DNA from: a virus
Length of the DNA stretch: 64,000 nucleotides
IMG/VR virus record: IMGVR_UViG_3300049846_002076
Location: 9,644-73,643 of that record
Strand: one strand, 5' to 3'
Shown: positions 1 to 8,706 of the stretch, piece by piece
Position numbering within the stretch: position 1 is the stretch's first letter
Layout of the letters: each line of letters starts with the position of its first letter
Notes under the pieces: model-generated
Told to the model about the DNA's origin: nothing
The model's database searches: none
The model's input: only the letters and a program-made list of their open reading frames with translations
Made by a program: the position numbers and the translations under genes

Positions 1-71
1 GGCTGCTGCGTTGTGGAGCTGGCTTCTCTCAAAGATCCTCCGTTCTTGGTTGTTGGTCAACTCGCGCTGAG

Positions 72-128
72 ATTATAGCACTTAGGCACTATTGACGACA
101 CGCTGGCGACTGTTTGTCTATAATGACT
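72..128. promoter_or_regulatory. Divergent promoter region with two degenerate AGTCA-N4-TGACT boxes
   Basis: TATAAT on minus (72-77) and on plus (119-124); boxes AGGCActatTGACG at 84-97 and TGTCTataaTGACT at 115-128. Confidence 0.5.
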
Positions 129-165
129 GTTACGGGGATTCCCGTTTAGCTTCTGGAGGTAGACA

Positions 166-636
166 ATGAAACCCACCACCGTAGCCCAATACATCACGGC
201 GCAGATCGAAGCCTCGGGTCTCACGAACTCCGAGATCGCTACCGCACTCGGCTACACTCCCGACCGCGCTAACATGATCTCCATGATCCGCACCGGGCGC
301 TCGAAGCTGCCGATCAACAAGGTCGCGTCGATGGCGAAGGCACTTCACATCGACCCGGCCCATCTCCTGCGCTTTGTGCTTCGGGAGTATTCTCCCGACA
401 CACTGGTCGCCCTCGAGGAGGCGATCGGCACTGGCCTTCTGACCGAAGGTGAGCAGGAGGTTGTCTCCCTGCTCCGTCGTGAGGCGGGCGAGCTGCCGAT
501 TCACCTGGCCGACGATCAACTCGTCACGATTCAGCAGTGGGCCCGGAAGGCCGCGCAGCATGCCCACGTTGAGCAGAATCGTCGGTTCAAGGAGGGGGCG
601 AAGCATCGGCACTCCGAGGTCGCGCTGCAGCACTAG
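166..636 (+). CDS. XRE/Cro-CI family HTH transcriptional regulator
   Basis: LTNSEIATALGY...ANMISMIRTGRSKLPINKVASMAKAL; GGAGG RBS; upstream TATAAT. Confidence 0.8.
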   Translation: MKPTTVAQYITAQIEASGLTNSEIATALGYTPDRANMISMIRTGRSKLPINKVASMAKALHIDPAHLLRFVLREYSPDTLVALEEAIGTGLLTEGEQEVVSLLRREAGELPIHLADDQLVTIQQWARKAAQHAHVEQNRRFKEGAKHRHSEVALQH

Positions 637-1310
637 CGCTTCCAGAACATCCCATCGTTGACAGTCCCGCGAACCGTGCGGGACTTCGCGACGCCTTCGA
701 GCCAGTCCCCCACGGCGCCGGCGTTCTGTTCGTCGTAGCGCTCCACGTAGAGGTCGTAGAGTTGCCAAAGGGTGCTGATGTCCAGCACCGCCTCTGCCTG
801 CCACATGCGTTCGGTGGTTGCCATCTGTGCAAGCCGCCGAGCAGCCGCCTTGACCTTGCCGGCCGTCACGAAGGTGCCCTCGGGCATCGTGCGGGTCATG
901 AAGCGCTCCATGAGCACGTTGGGGTCGCCGTCGACGAACACCGAGTAGAGCTGCGGCAGCGGGCGCGTCTCGGTCGTCCGATGCCACTTCTTGACCTGCT
1001 TGAGGCCCGTCGGCTCGATCACCCAGACCGCGAACCCGCCCCCACGGGCCAGGGCGTCGAGAATGTCGTCCTGGGTGTTCCCGTAGAAGTTGCCAGAGAA
1101 CTCCACGTGCTCGACGAGCTCGCCGCGGGAGAGCTTCTCCTCGAACCAGGAACGGTTCCTGAAGTGGTAATCCCGGCCATCGACCTCGCCGGGCCGGGGT
1201 TCCCGGGACGTGTTGGAGATCACTCGGGCGGCGCCCCGCTTGATCAGGGCTTCCTCGAGGGTGGTCTTGCCCGCGCAAGACGGGCCGGTGAGTGTGATGA
1301 GGACGTTCAT
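633..1310 (-). CDS. Guanylate kinase-like nucleoside monophosphate kinase
   Basis: P-loop GPSCAGKTT, TSREPRPGEVDGRDYHF, EHVEFSGNFYG. Confidence 0.88.
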   Translation of the reverse strand: MNVLITLTGPSCAGKTTLEEALIKRGAARVISNTSREPRPGEVDGRDYHFRNRSWFEEKLSRGELVEHVEFSGNFYGNTQDDILDALARGGGFAVWVIEPTGLKQVKKWHRTTETRPLPQLYSVFVDGDPNVLMERFMTRTMPEGTFVTAGKVKAAARRLAQMATTERMWQAEAVLDISTLWQLYDLYVERYDEQNAGAVGDWLEGVAKSRTVRGTVNDGMFWKR

Positions 1311-1513
1311 GAGGGTGCCTTTTCGGGTGTCGGGGGTTGGGATGCCAGGCGCTCGGTGATGTTGGTCACGAACTCCAGCATGACGAACATCGGCACTTCC
1401 TGACCTTTTGCGTCCATCAGGGCGACCCTGTTGGGCGGGAAGATCATGGTCTTCCAGGGCATCGGGTGGATCGCCCGAAGCTCCTCGACGGTCAGGGGGC
1501 GCGGAGCGTTCAC
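1307..1513 (-). CDS. Hypothetical protein
   Basis: 68 aa; 4-nt overlaps with both neighbours. Confidence 0.65.
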   Translation of the reverse strand: MNAPRPLTVEELRAIHPMPWKTMIFPPNRVALMDAKGQEVPMFVMLEFVTNITERLASQPPTPEKAPS

Positions 1514-1869
1514 CGGGCGCCCTGCTCGCGCAGCGTGGCCCGGGTCTGCCCGACCGTCAGGGTGCGGCGGTTGATGCCCGAGGGAAGCTCGAAGACCGGC
1601 AGCGAGGGCTCGTCGAGGGCGTCCTCGATCTCCTTCGCAATCCCGGCGTTGATCGTGCCGTCCGGGTTCGCCCGGAACGCGAGGGCGTCGCAGTCGCGGA
1701 TCATCGCGGTGAAGTAGTCCATGCCCATGCGCTTGTAGCCGGCTTCGTGCTCCGGGGCGTTGGGGTTCACGACCTCGAAGCCGAGCTTCGTGAGGGTGTC
1801 GATGTCCCGAGCTTCCTGGGGCGTGTTGTAGATGGCGATGGAGTGCGCGTAGTAGACCTTCTTCATCAT
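1510..1869 (-). CDS. Nucleoside 2-deoxyribosyltransferase/hydrolase-like protein (start re-called at MMKKVYYAHS)
   Basis: KVYYAHS...FEVVNPN...IRDCDALAF...GIAKEIEDA pattern typical of this fold. Confidence 0.6.
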   Translation of the reverse strand: MMKKVYYAHSIAIYNTPQEARDIDTLTKLGFEVVNPNAPEHEAGYKRMGMDYFTAMIRDCDALAFRANPDGTINAGIAKEIEDALDEPSLPVFELPSGINRRTLTVGQTRATLREQGAR

Positions 1870-2105
1870 GTCCTCACGAACTTGTCGGGGTAGTTGGTCT
1901 GCAGGCCCGGCCCTTCGACCTTGACCTGTTCGATCATCGACGGCGAATACCAGATCAACTGGCCGCGGTCGTTGCGCCGGCGGTAGCCGTTCGCGGTGAT
2001 CGCCGCGAAGTGGGTCATGGCCTGATCCTTGGTGCCCACCCGATACTGGTAGGAACCCGGGAAACCCTTGACGAAGATCGACAGCTTGTATTTGCCGCTG
2101 GTCAT
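1866..2105 (-). CDS. Hypothetical protein
   Basis: 79 aa; translationally coupled on both sides. Confidence 0.65.
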   Translation of the reverse strand: MTSGKYKLSIFVKGFPGSYQYRVGTKDQAMTHFAAITANGYRRRNDRGQLIWYSPSMIEQVKVEGPGLQTNYPDKFVRT

Positions 2106-3574
2106 GCTGAAACCTCCTTCTTGTCGTCACGAAAGCGCACGAACCGGGGGTGCCGCAGCGAACCGTCCGGCGTGACTTCGTGGTATTGGACTTCGATCAG
2201 GCGACCCACTACAGGATCGGGATCGGCAAGGTGTTCCTTGATCGTCCCGAACGATGCTCCGATGGGATCGCTCAAGTGCCCGATCCAAAGGTCTTGACGC
2301 TGCTCGTCGGTGAATCCACCCCCGACGTTCACGCTAACCCCCTTATAGTCGACGATCAGGCCACCAAGCATCCCGGCATACTTGCCTTCGCCCTCGAAGG
2401 CGCCGATAACCTTGAGGTCGAGCGTCTCCTCCGCCTTGATCTTCGACCATGCGTGGTGGCGCTTGCGGTAGTAGAGCGCCTTGGGATCCTTGACGATCAG
2501 ACCCTCGAGTCCTCGAGCCCTGCACGCCTCGTAGTGCTCGTGAATTTCCTCTTCGGAGTTCACGACTTTGGAGGGCAGCAGAACGATCGGGGCGCCGGCG
2601 GGGGCGCACTTCACGAACTCCTCGAGCCGAGCACGACGCTGTTCGTAGGTCTCCTCACCGACCTCGTCCTTCGGGCCGGGCTCGTTGAAGTCGTCCTGAA
2701 AGAGCAGGTCGAACACGCAGAGCTTCGCGTCGATCGCCTGGGCGTCCTTGCGACGCACATCGCCGACCGTCTTGTTGAAGCCACCCGAAACGACCTCTGC
2801 CTCGAGGACGAGGTAGCAGGCTTCGTCAGCCCGAAACTCTGCGTAGCAGGCGTCCATGTGACCGCAGTCGATCCCCGAACCATCTTCGCCACCCTCGGGG
2901 CCGCCCTCCTTGTCGTAGAGGTCGCACGCCTTCCGCATGAGCTCGCCGCGGTAGACTGCAGCCGCGTCGATCAGGGGAGCCTTCAGATGGTCGAAGGTGG
3001 TGAACTCCTTGCCCGAGCGGGAGAAGAAGCGCACCTCCTGGTCGTCCAGGTTGATGAAGGTCAGCACCCGCACGCCGTCGATCTTCGGTTCGGCCCGCAG
3101 CGGGAACGCGAGCTTGTGCTTGTGCTCCTTGTAGGGGTGGGCCAGCATGCAGTCGAACACCGTGATCGTCCCCGGCTTGGCCCGGTTGATCGTGCCCTCG
3201 GTGAAGCCCGCCCGCATGTCCTTGCTGATGATCCTCCAGAGCAACTCCTCGCTCTTGGGCGACAGGTCTTCCATGTGATCGACGAGCCAGTCGATCGCCG
3301 CATTCCCGGTCAGCCGTCGGGCGGCCAGGTCTTTCAGACCAGCCCACGTCGCGGCGGTGAACTGGTAGTCGGTGTTCTTCTTCGCCGGGTCGATCTTGGG
3401 GCGCTTGGCGATCCCGTAGGTCACGAAGGGGTCGTAGCACGCCACGAGCACGTCGGTGCCGAGGTCGTCCCCGAGCAGGGCGGCCACGAGAGCTTCCTTG
3501 TCCTTCTTGCCCGGGGTTGCGGCGATCTGTTCGATTGCGTCGAAAACTTGATCGGAATTCATTGTCTCTCCCAT
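2102..3574 (-). CDS. ATP-dependent DNA ligase (start 3574 or 3562)
   Basis: Motif I EPKIDGVR, VFDLL, EGLIVKD, WSKIK, C-terminal SLRHPRFVRFRDDK. Confidence 0.93.
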   Translation of the reverse strand: MGETMNSDQVFDAIEQIAATPGKKDKEALVAALLGDDLGTDVLVACYDPFVTYGIAKRPKIDPAKKNTDYQFTAATWAGLKDLAARRLTGNAAIDWLVDHMEDLSPKSEELLWRIISKDMRAGFTEGTINRAKPGTITVFDCMLAHPYKEHKHKLAFPLRAEPKIDGVRVLTFINLDDQEVRFFSRSGKEFTTFDHLKAPLIDAAAVYRGELMRKACDLYDKEGGPEGGEDGSGIDCGHMDACYAEFRADEACYLVLEAEVVSGGFNKTVGDVRRKDAQAIDAKLCVFDLLFQDDFNEPGPKDEVGEETYEQRRARLEEFVKCAPAGAPIVLLPSKVVNSEEEIHEHYEACRARGLEGLIVKDPKALYYRKRHHAWSKIKAEETLDLKVIGAFEGEGKYAGMLGGLIVDYKGVSVNVGGGFTDEQRQDLWIGHLSDPIGASFGTIKEHLADPDPVVGRLIEVQYHEVTPDGSLRHPRFVRFRDDKKEVSA

Positions 3575-3580
3575 CGTCAC

Positions 3581-3599
3581 ATTATAGTCAGTTTTGACT
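3581..3599. promoter_or_regulatory. -10 box (TATAAT, minus) abutting a perfect AGTCA-GTTT-TGACT palindrome
   Basis: attatAGTCAgtttTGACT, directly upstream of the ligase. Confidence 0.75.
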
Positions 3600-4151
3600 G
3601 GCGCGAGTAGCCAGCATTCGTTTCGCCGCTTCGAGCATCGACTCGCCCGGAAGCACGTGCAGCGGCCCATTCACGACCGCTGAACGCCGCTCCCCGCCGA
3701 GCTGTTCCTTCTCGATCTGGGCCTGGTGATCCTTCATCGCGCTGTTCAGGGCAGCCGCCATGTAGTCATCCCCGATGGGAGCCGGGCTGTTACCCAACGA
3801 TTTCTCGTTCTGTTGGGTAACGGGAGCCTTGGTGGGCATGAACAGCTCCTTCGCCTTGTCGACGAGAGCCGAGAGTCCGGTGAAGCGCACCCTTTCCTTG
3901 AAGTAGATCGCCCTGCCCTTCGCGAGCTCCTCACCACGCATCGTAGCCGCCACACACGCGGTCGTGTCGAGGTTCTTGATGCAGTTCCGGTCGACGAGCG
4001 CCAGGGCTTTGCCGTCTGCGTTCTTGAGGCGATGCAGGCAGAGGGCGTAGTGGTTGGGGCGTCCGATCGCCTCGCAGAACAGGGTGTATGCGTTGCGCTT
4101 GCCATCCGAGCTCGCCTCGAGCGGGATGATGGGTGTCGTTTCAGTTGCCAT
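3588..4151 (-). CDS. Hypothetical protein with a Cys-rich N-terminal half
   Basis: 187 aa; Cys/His residues in FC..HYALC..NC..AC; fits the operon. Confidence 0.7.
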   Translation of the reverse strand: MATETTPIIPLEASSDGKRNAYTLFCEAIGRPNHYALCLHRLKNADGKALALVDRNCIKNLDTTACVAATMRGEELAKGRAIYFKERVRFTGLSALVDKAKELFMPTKAPVTQQNEKSLGNSPAPIGDDYMAAALNSAMKDHQAQIEKEQLGGERRSAVVNGPLHVLPGESMLEAAKRMLATRASQN

Positions 4152-4350
4152 CGAGCTTCACCATTTCCTGTTGATCATTCGGTCTGTATTGTTCCACCAC
4201 GATTGGGCAGTCGTCGCAAGTCCAGGGATAGTTGTGGCGACAGTCGAACTCGCCCCAATAATCCCGGTAGCCGCCACAGCCCGCCTCGAGCACCTTGATG
4301 TAGCGCCTGGTTCCATGTTGGGGCGCCCTGTCGCTCACCACGTCCCCCAT
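4141..4350 (-). CDS. Small Cys-rich protein, possible zinc binder
   Basis: GCGGY...FDC...WTCDDCP; overlaps both neighbours. Confidence 0.55.
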   Translation of the reverse strand: MGDVVSDRAPQHGTRRYIKVLEAGCGGYRDYWGEFDCRHNYPWTCDDCPIVVEQYRPNDQQEMVKLDGN

Positions 4351-4808
4351 CCTTCAGGGCGGGGGCCGTCGTCGACGGGCTTCGGTTGCTTTTTCAGCTT
4401 GGGCGGTTCAGGTTCGTCCTCGAAAACCGGGACGTCAGTTCCATCGCCGAAGGTTGTGCGAATCTGGGCCGCGTTGGTTCTTCCGAAGAGCTTCTCGATT
4501 CGCTCGAAGAACTCATCCTCGTTGACCAACTCTTGTTCCTGGGCCTCGAAATTGTAGCCACGACCTCTCTTCTTCTTCACCATGCTGTTGAAATCGAGAT
4601 CGGCAGCGCGTTCGGTCATGTGTTTTGTGACCTTAATCTCGCCACCTCGCCCGATGTGCTCCAGCACAGCCGTGCTCTTGCCCCACTGGTGAACCGTGAC
4701 CCATCCGAGGTCGTTGTTCCCGAGCTTCCAGAGCTGATACGCCTTCGTCCCTTCCTCATGGGAGGCGAAGGAGTGCGAAATCATCGCTTTCTTTTTGATT
4801 GCGGGCAT
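4335..4808 (-). CDS. WGR-domain-like protein with a C-terminal GTW tag
   Basis: KAYQLW...HQWGK...FNSMVKKKRGRGY resembles a WGR domain; ends PRPEGWGTW. Confidence 0.7.
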   Translation of the reverse strand: MPAIKKKAMISHSFASHEEGTKAYQLWKLGNNDLGWVTVHQWGKSTAVLEHIGRGGEIKVTKHMTERAADLDFNSMVKKKRGRGYNFEAQEQELVNEDEFFERIEKLFGRTNAAQIRTTFGDGTDVPVFEDEPEPPKLKKQPKPVDDGPRPEGWGTW

Positions 4809-4830
4809 GGTCTAAATTTACCAGTGTGTT

Positions 4831-5961
4831 CTAGGCGTGCGAAGCTGCCGCATTCATTTGCCGACGCTCGATGGCGATGGCTGCGCCCGAGAGCTTGTCG
4901 AGCAGGGTCGCCCGGTAGAATGCTTCCCGCACCGTCGCCGCGGGCACTTCGTTGGGATCCTTCAGGGGCGGGAGCATCGCGATACGCACCCGCAGCCCGA
5001 TACTACGCAGCAGATCGCCTGACTCGATAGCCTGGTCGGTCGCGGGAATCTCGCCATCCCACATGATCGTCACTTCCTCGAGCCCACGCTCATCCTTCAG
5101 ACGTCGAAATTTCTCAAGCTGACTATCCTCAGTGCCGAACGACAGGTGCTTACCGAAGCTGCCGATGGGCACAACGTCACGCAGGGCCGGGTCACCGTCC
5201 AGGGCAGCCTTGGTTGCCGCGACGTCGAATGCGCCCTCGCCCATGACGACACGCCTGGTGCCGACGACGTTGTGTCCGTTGTAAAGGTGGGCGCCGGTGA
5301 CAGCGTAGCCGACGGGGAACAGGTATTTGGGATCCTGAGTGCCGAGGATGTCACGCCCTTGGAAGCTCACCAGCGTGCCATCAAGGTCGAACACCGGGAT
5401 GATGATCCGGTTGCTGAACCACTGAAACTGCCACAACCCGCTATCGTTGCGGTAACGGTGGTATCCGTTCAGACAGAAGCGCCAGTTGAAGTAGTGCGCG
5501 AGCGCCGCGTCGATCCCCCGGTTCTCCAGGTAAGCCAGGTTGCGCCCCTTGATCGGGATCGCGTAAGAAGCGGGGAGCTCCGGGCTGCCTTTCTCGACCT
5601 TGGTCTCCACCGAGGTCACACGCCGGGACTTCCAGCCGGTCTCCCGAGCAAGCCTCTTGATGAACTCCTTGACCGCATGAGCATGCACTCCTTCGCCCAA
5701 GTAGGCACGAATGAACGACCACTTGTTGTAGCCCTTCCTGTCCTGGGGGTGGTCGCCGGCGAAGCAGTTGCCGAGCCCAGTCTCCCGGTTGATGTAGACC
5801 TTCCAGCGATCGTCGCCGCAGACCGGGCATTCCCGCACGTTGTATTGCGGGCCACGGGAGCCCATTGTGGGCCGGTAGGTGATCCCCTCGCGGTCGAGAA
5901 AGACACCAATGTCGATCGCCTCGAGAAGCTCCTTGAGCTCCTGGTCTTCGTGCTGTTTCAC
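4831..5961 (-). CDS. DNA primase (zinc ribbon plus TOPRIM)
   Basis: ECPVC...GNCF; RIIIPV...SFQGR...KYLFP; GEGAFD; MWDGE; KDPNE. Confidence 0.9.
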   Translation of the reverse strand: MKQHEDQELKELLEAIDIGVFLDREGITYRPTMGSRGPQYNVRECPVCGDDRWKVYINRETGLGNCFAGDHPQDRKGYNKWSFIRAYLGEGVHAHAVKEFIKRLARETGWKSRRVTSVETKVEKGSPELPASYAIPIKGRNLAYLENRGIDAALAHYFNWRFCLNGYHRYRNDSGLWQFQWFSNRIIIPVFDLDGTLVSFQGRDILGTQDPKYLFPVGYAVTGAHLYNGHNVVGTRRVVMGEGAFDVAATKAALDGDPALRDVVPIGSFGKHLSFGTEDSQLEKFRRLKDERGLEEVTIMWDGEIPATDQAIESGDLLRSIGLRVRIAMLPPLKDPNEVPAATVREAFYRATLLDKLSGAAIAIERRQMNAAASHA

Positions 5962-6176
5962 AGGTCAGCTCCGAGTCGTCGCAGCACCGAGCGTATGTTC
6001 TTGATCGCCCGGGGATCCGTGCTGCCGCTGATTAGGGCGAATTCGGTGCCAGATGGCGGGTATGCCTTGATGTGCCCGCGCCCGGTCTCGACGATGTTCC
6101 ACCCGAGATCCTTCAACTGCTTGAGTATCTTGCGAAGATCCTTGTCGCGGTGGACGTAGGGTGACTTTGCTTTCAT
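5958..6176 (-). CDS. HicA-like mRNA interferase (start re-called at MKAKSPY)
   Basis: 72 aa basic protein, LKDLGWNIVETGRGHIKAY...AIKNIRSVLRR. Confidence 0.65.
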   Translation of the reverse strand: MKAKSPYVHRDKDLRKILKQLKDLGWNIVETGRGHIKAYPPSGTEFALISGSTDPRAIKNIRSVLRRLGADL

Positions 6177-6463
6177 TCTTCGATTGTCCCCTTGCGGGCG
6201 CGGCGAGTCTTTGGATGCGAGAAGTGATGCTTGTGAACCCACATCGCCGACATGATCGCCAGCGGCCCGCTCACCAAGAAAACCACGATCTCCAGGGTTT
6301 CGGTAGCCTGGGGAATGATCTTCAAGATGCCGAGGTTCGCGAACCCGATCACCAGCGAGTTGAATCCTGCAAGCAGGTATTGTCCCGAATTGACCGTTCG
6401 GGACTGAAAGCCGAGCGCGAACACGAACACGAAGTTCGCCACCAGAATGAGCAGGGCGGTCAT
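6173..6463 (-). CDS. Small membrane protein (about 3 TM helices)
   Basis: Hydrophobic segments; coupled overlaps. Confidence 0.65.
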   Translation of the reverse strand: MTALLILVANFVFVFALGFQSRTVNSGQYLLAGFNSLVIGFANLGILKIIPQATETLEIVVFLVSGPLAIMSAMWVHKHHFSHPKTRRARKGTIEE

Positions 6464-6714
6464 TTCTTCTCCGGCAGATCCGTGAGACTGTAGACGTCGC
6501 CGTTAGGACAGGTGAAGACCACTTCGGGTGGCGATCCCATGTAGCCGGTGCGTCGACATCCATGGTCTTTCGCCCACTCCATCTTGCGGCCCTTTCGGTC
6601 CTCCCTCATCTCCTCGCTTTTCGCGATGAGCCAGGTTCCAAGACCCATCGACCCGAATGCGACCAGCAGAACCAATGCCACATGAACTGCTCCATGATTC
6701 AGGTCGATTTTCAT
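6460..6714 (-). CDS. Small single-TM protein
   Basis: N-terminal TM, then WAKDHGC...FTCPNG. Confidence 0.65.
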   Translation of the reverse strand: MKIDLNHGAVHVALVLLVAFGSMGLGTWLIAKSEEMREDRKGRKMEWAKDHGCRRTGYMGSPPEVVFTCPNGDVYSLTDLPEKK

Positions 6715-6923
6715 CCTCTGTCCCTCCCGAGCACGATTTCCGCGGCGTCCCAGAACACGAACACGATGATCGCGACTATCATGCCGATCTGCAGCCTGGT
6801 TTCACCGATTTGTCCGAGAAACTCCAGTGCGAGCATGACGATGATGATCGAGCCGAGCCCGATCACCAGCGCCACGATCGCGGTGAGAACGATCAACAGG
6901 AAGTGCTTGGGGCCTTCCATCAC
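6711..6923 (-). CDS. Small 2-TM membrane protein
   Basis: Two hydrophobic helices; coupled overlaps. Confidence 0.65.
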   Translation of the reverse strand: MMEGPKHFLLIVLTAIVALVIGLGSIIIVMLALEFLGQIGETRLQIGMIVAIIVFVFWDAAEIVLGRDRG

Positions 6924-8284
6924 TCCTCCCCGAGAACGCGCTTGATGAACTTCATCCGTTCGCGATCCTGTTCGATGCGGATCGAGAACCCGGCCGCCTG
7001 GTTGCGGGACGCTGCGAAGTAGAGCCGGGCGTAGCCCTCTTTGACTTCCTCTTCGGTCGCGTTGATGCTGATGATCACGTCAGCGATCCGCACCTTGTTG
7101 AAGTCGTCCGCGACGTGCTCGGCCTTCGCGACGGCAGCGGTGAAGCCCTGCCGGTTGGTCTGCGTGGCGGTGAGCAGGGCGAAGCCCTCCTGCATCGCGA
7201 GCCCACGCAGTCCGACGTAGACGCTCTTGGAGTTCTCGGTGGTGCTCTCCACGAAGCGTTCGGGCTGCATGATGTCCGCGTAGTCGACCACGACCATATC
7301 GAACATGACGCCTTGCGACTTGTAGTGTTCGATCAGCCGGCGCAGGTCGGAGACCCGCATCGAGCCGGTGGGGTATTCGACGATCTTGAGCTCGCCTGCT
7401 TTCTCGCCCCACTTGCGAACCTTGTCCATCACCGTGATGATGTGCGAGGTCAGCTCCTTGAAGGGCGTGTCCGAGATGTTCGCGTCCATGCGGGACGACA
7501 GGATCGAAGCCGAGACCTCCAGGGTCGCGTAGAGGACGTTGTGGCCGTTGCCCACTGCCTTGACGGCGAAGTCGAGCAGCGCGGTCGTCTTGCCGGATTT
7601 CGCCCCGCCCATGATCACGGACAGTTCGCGCTTGCCCCATCCCTTGTGATAGAGCTTGTCGTCGATCGCCGCGTAACCAGTGCTGATGCCGGTGGGGGAG
7701 CGCTTCCCGGCTGCGATCTCCTTGCGGTCGAAGGTGCGGGAGTCGATTGACCGCTTGAAGTCATAGACGCCTTGCTCGGGAGTGGCGCCGACTGCGAGTG
7801 CCTTCGACAGCTTCTCTTGGATGGCCGGGAAGTCGCCCTTGTCCAGCTTCTTGATTGACTCGCGAATCGCGTCGGTGACCGCCTGGTGTTTCGCGAAGGT
7901 AGCCACCTGGTCGATCACGAAGTCACGATCGCCGATGTCGTGATCCCACAGCTCCTTGAGCGTGAGAATCACCGAGGGTGCGTCATCCTTCCGAAGCAGA
8001 CCCTTCGCCAGGTTCTCCTTGATCACCTGCGCGAAGATGTTCTTGTCCGCGGGAAGGCGCTTGTAGGTCTTGAAGTAGTCGATCGCGATCGCCACGAGTT
8101 GAGCCACGGGAAGGCTCTCGAAATACTCGGGCAGCACGAGTCCGTCGGTGCGCTGAACGAACTTCACGTCCCTCACCGTGAGGGCCGCGATTTTCTTCTG
8201 GAACGACAGGTCGTAGTCAAACTTGTGAACGACGTGCGTCGTTTCCTCGTCGACCGGGGCGGTTGCCAGGGCGGTTTCGGTCAT
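6920..8284 (-). CDS. dnaB: DnaB-like (SF4) replicative helicase
   Basis: GISTGY, Walker A GGAKSGKTT, TLEVS, VVVDYADIM, TATQTNR. Confidence 0.92.
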   Translation of the reverse strand: MTETALATAPVDEETTHVVHKFDYDLSFQKKIAALTVRDVKFVQRTDGLVLPEYFESLPVAQLVAIAIDYFKTYKRLPADKNIFAQVIKENLAKGLLRKDDAPSVILTLKELWDHDIGDRDFVIDQVATFAKHQAVTDAIRESIKKLDKGDFPAIQEKLSKALAVGATPEQGVYDFKRSIDSRTFDRKEIAAGKRSPTGISTGYAAIDDKLYHKGWGKRELSVIMGGAKSGKTTALLDFAVKAVGNGHNVLYATLEVSASILSSRMDANISDTPFKELTSHIITVMDKVRKWGEKAGELKIVEYPTGSMRVSDLRRLIEHYKSQGVMFDMVVVDYADIMQPERFVESTTENSKSVYVGLRGLAMQEGFALLTATQTNRQGFTAAVAKAEHVADDFNKVRIADVIISINATEEEVKEGYARLYFAASRNQAAGFSIRIEQDRERMKFIKRVLGEE

Positions 8285-8643
8285 TGCGCTGCCCTCGAGC
8301 CGAAGCTCTCGATGCCGTGCTTGTAGAAGGTGAGTTGGATCGGCGGGTCGAAGTTTTCGACCTTGCCCTGATCGTCCGTCGTCTTGACCATCATCGTGAT
8401 GGTGAACTTGTCGCGAGTGACGATCGTGCCGATGTATCCCACGCCCGAGATTGCCATGAGCGCGACCTCGGCTTTGGCGTCTTGCAGCCTGGCGAGAATC
8501 GCGTCGTGACCCTTGGGCATGAACTTCCGGGGCTTGTCGCCGCGGTATCCGGGCTTCGCGTGCAGGGTGGTATCGCCTTGGGAGCGGCCGAAACGCTGCT
8601 GGTCGGCGCGAATGTCTTCCGGGTTACGCTGTTGCTCGTTCAT
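8281..8643 (-). CDS. Hfq/Sm-like RNA-binding protein
   Basis: Helix plus SGVGYIGTIVTRDKFTI (Sm1) and FYKHGIESF (compare Hfq YKHAIST). Confidence 0.7.
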   Translation of the reverse strand: MNEQQRNPEDIRADQQRFGRSQGDTTLHAKPGYRGDKPRKFMPKGHDAILARLQDAKAEVALMAISGVGYIGTIVTRDKFTITMMVKTTDDQGKVENFDPPIQLTFYKHGIESFGSRAAQ

Positions 8644-8706
8644 TCCAATAGATCCTTTCTAGGTTCAAATCAAAAATACGCACCCATTATTGGGTGCCTG
8701 GCTTGG

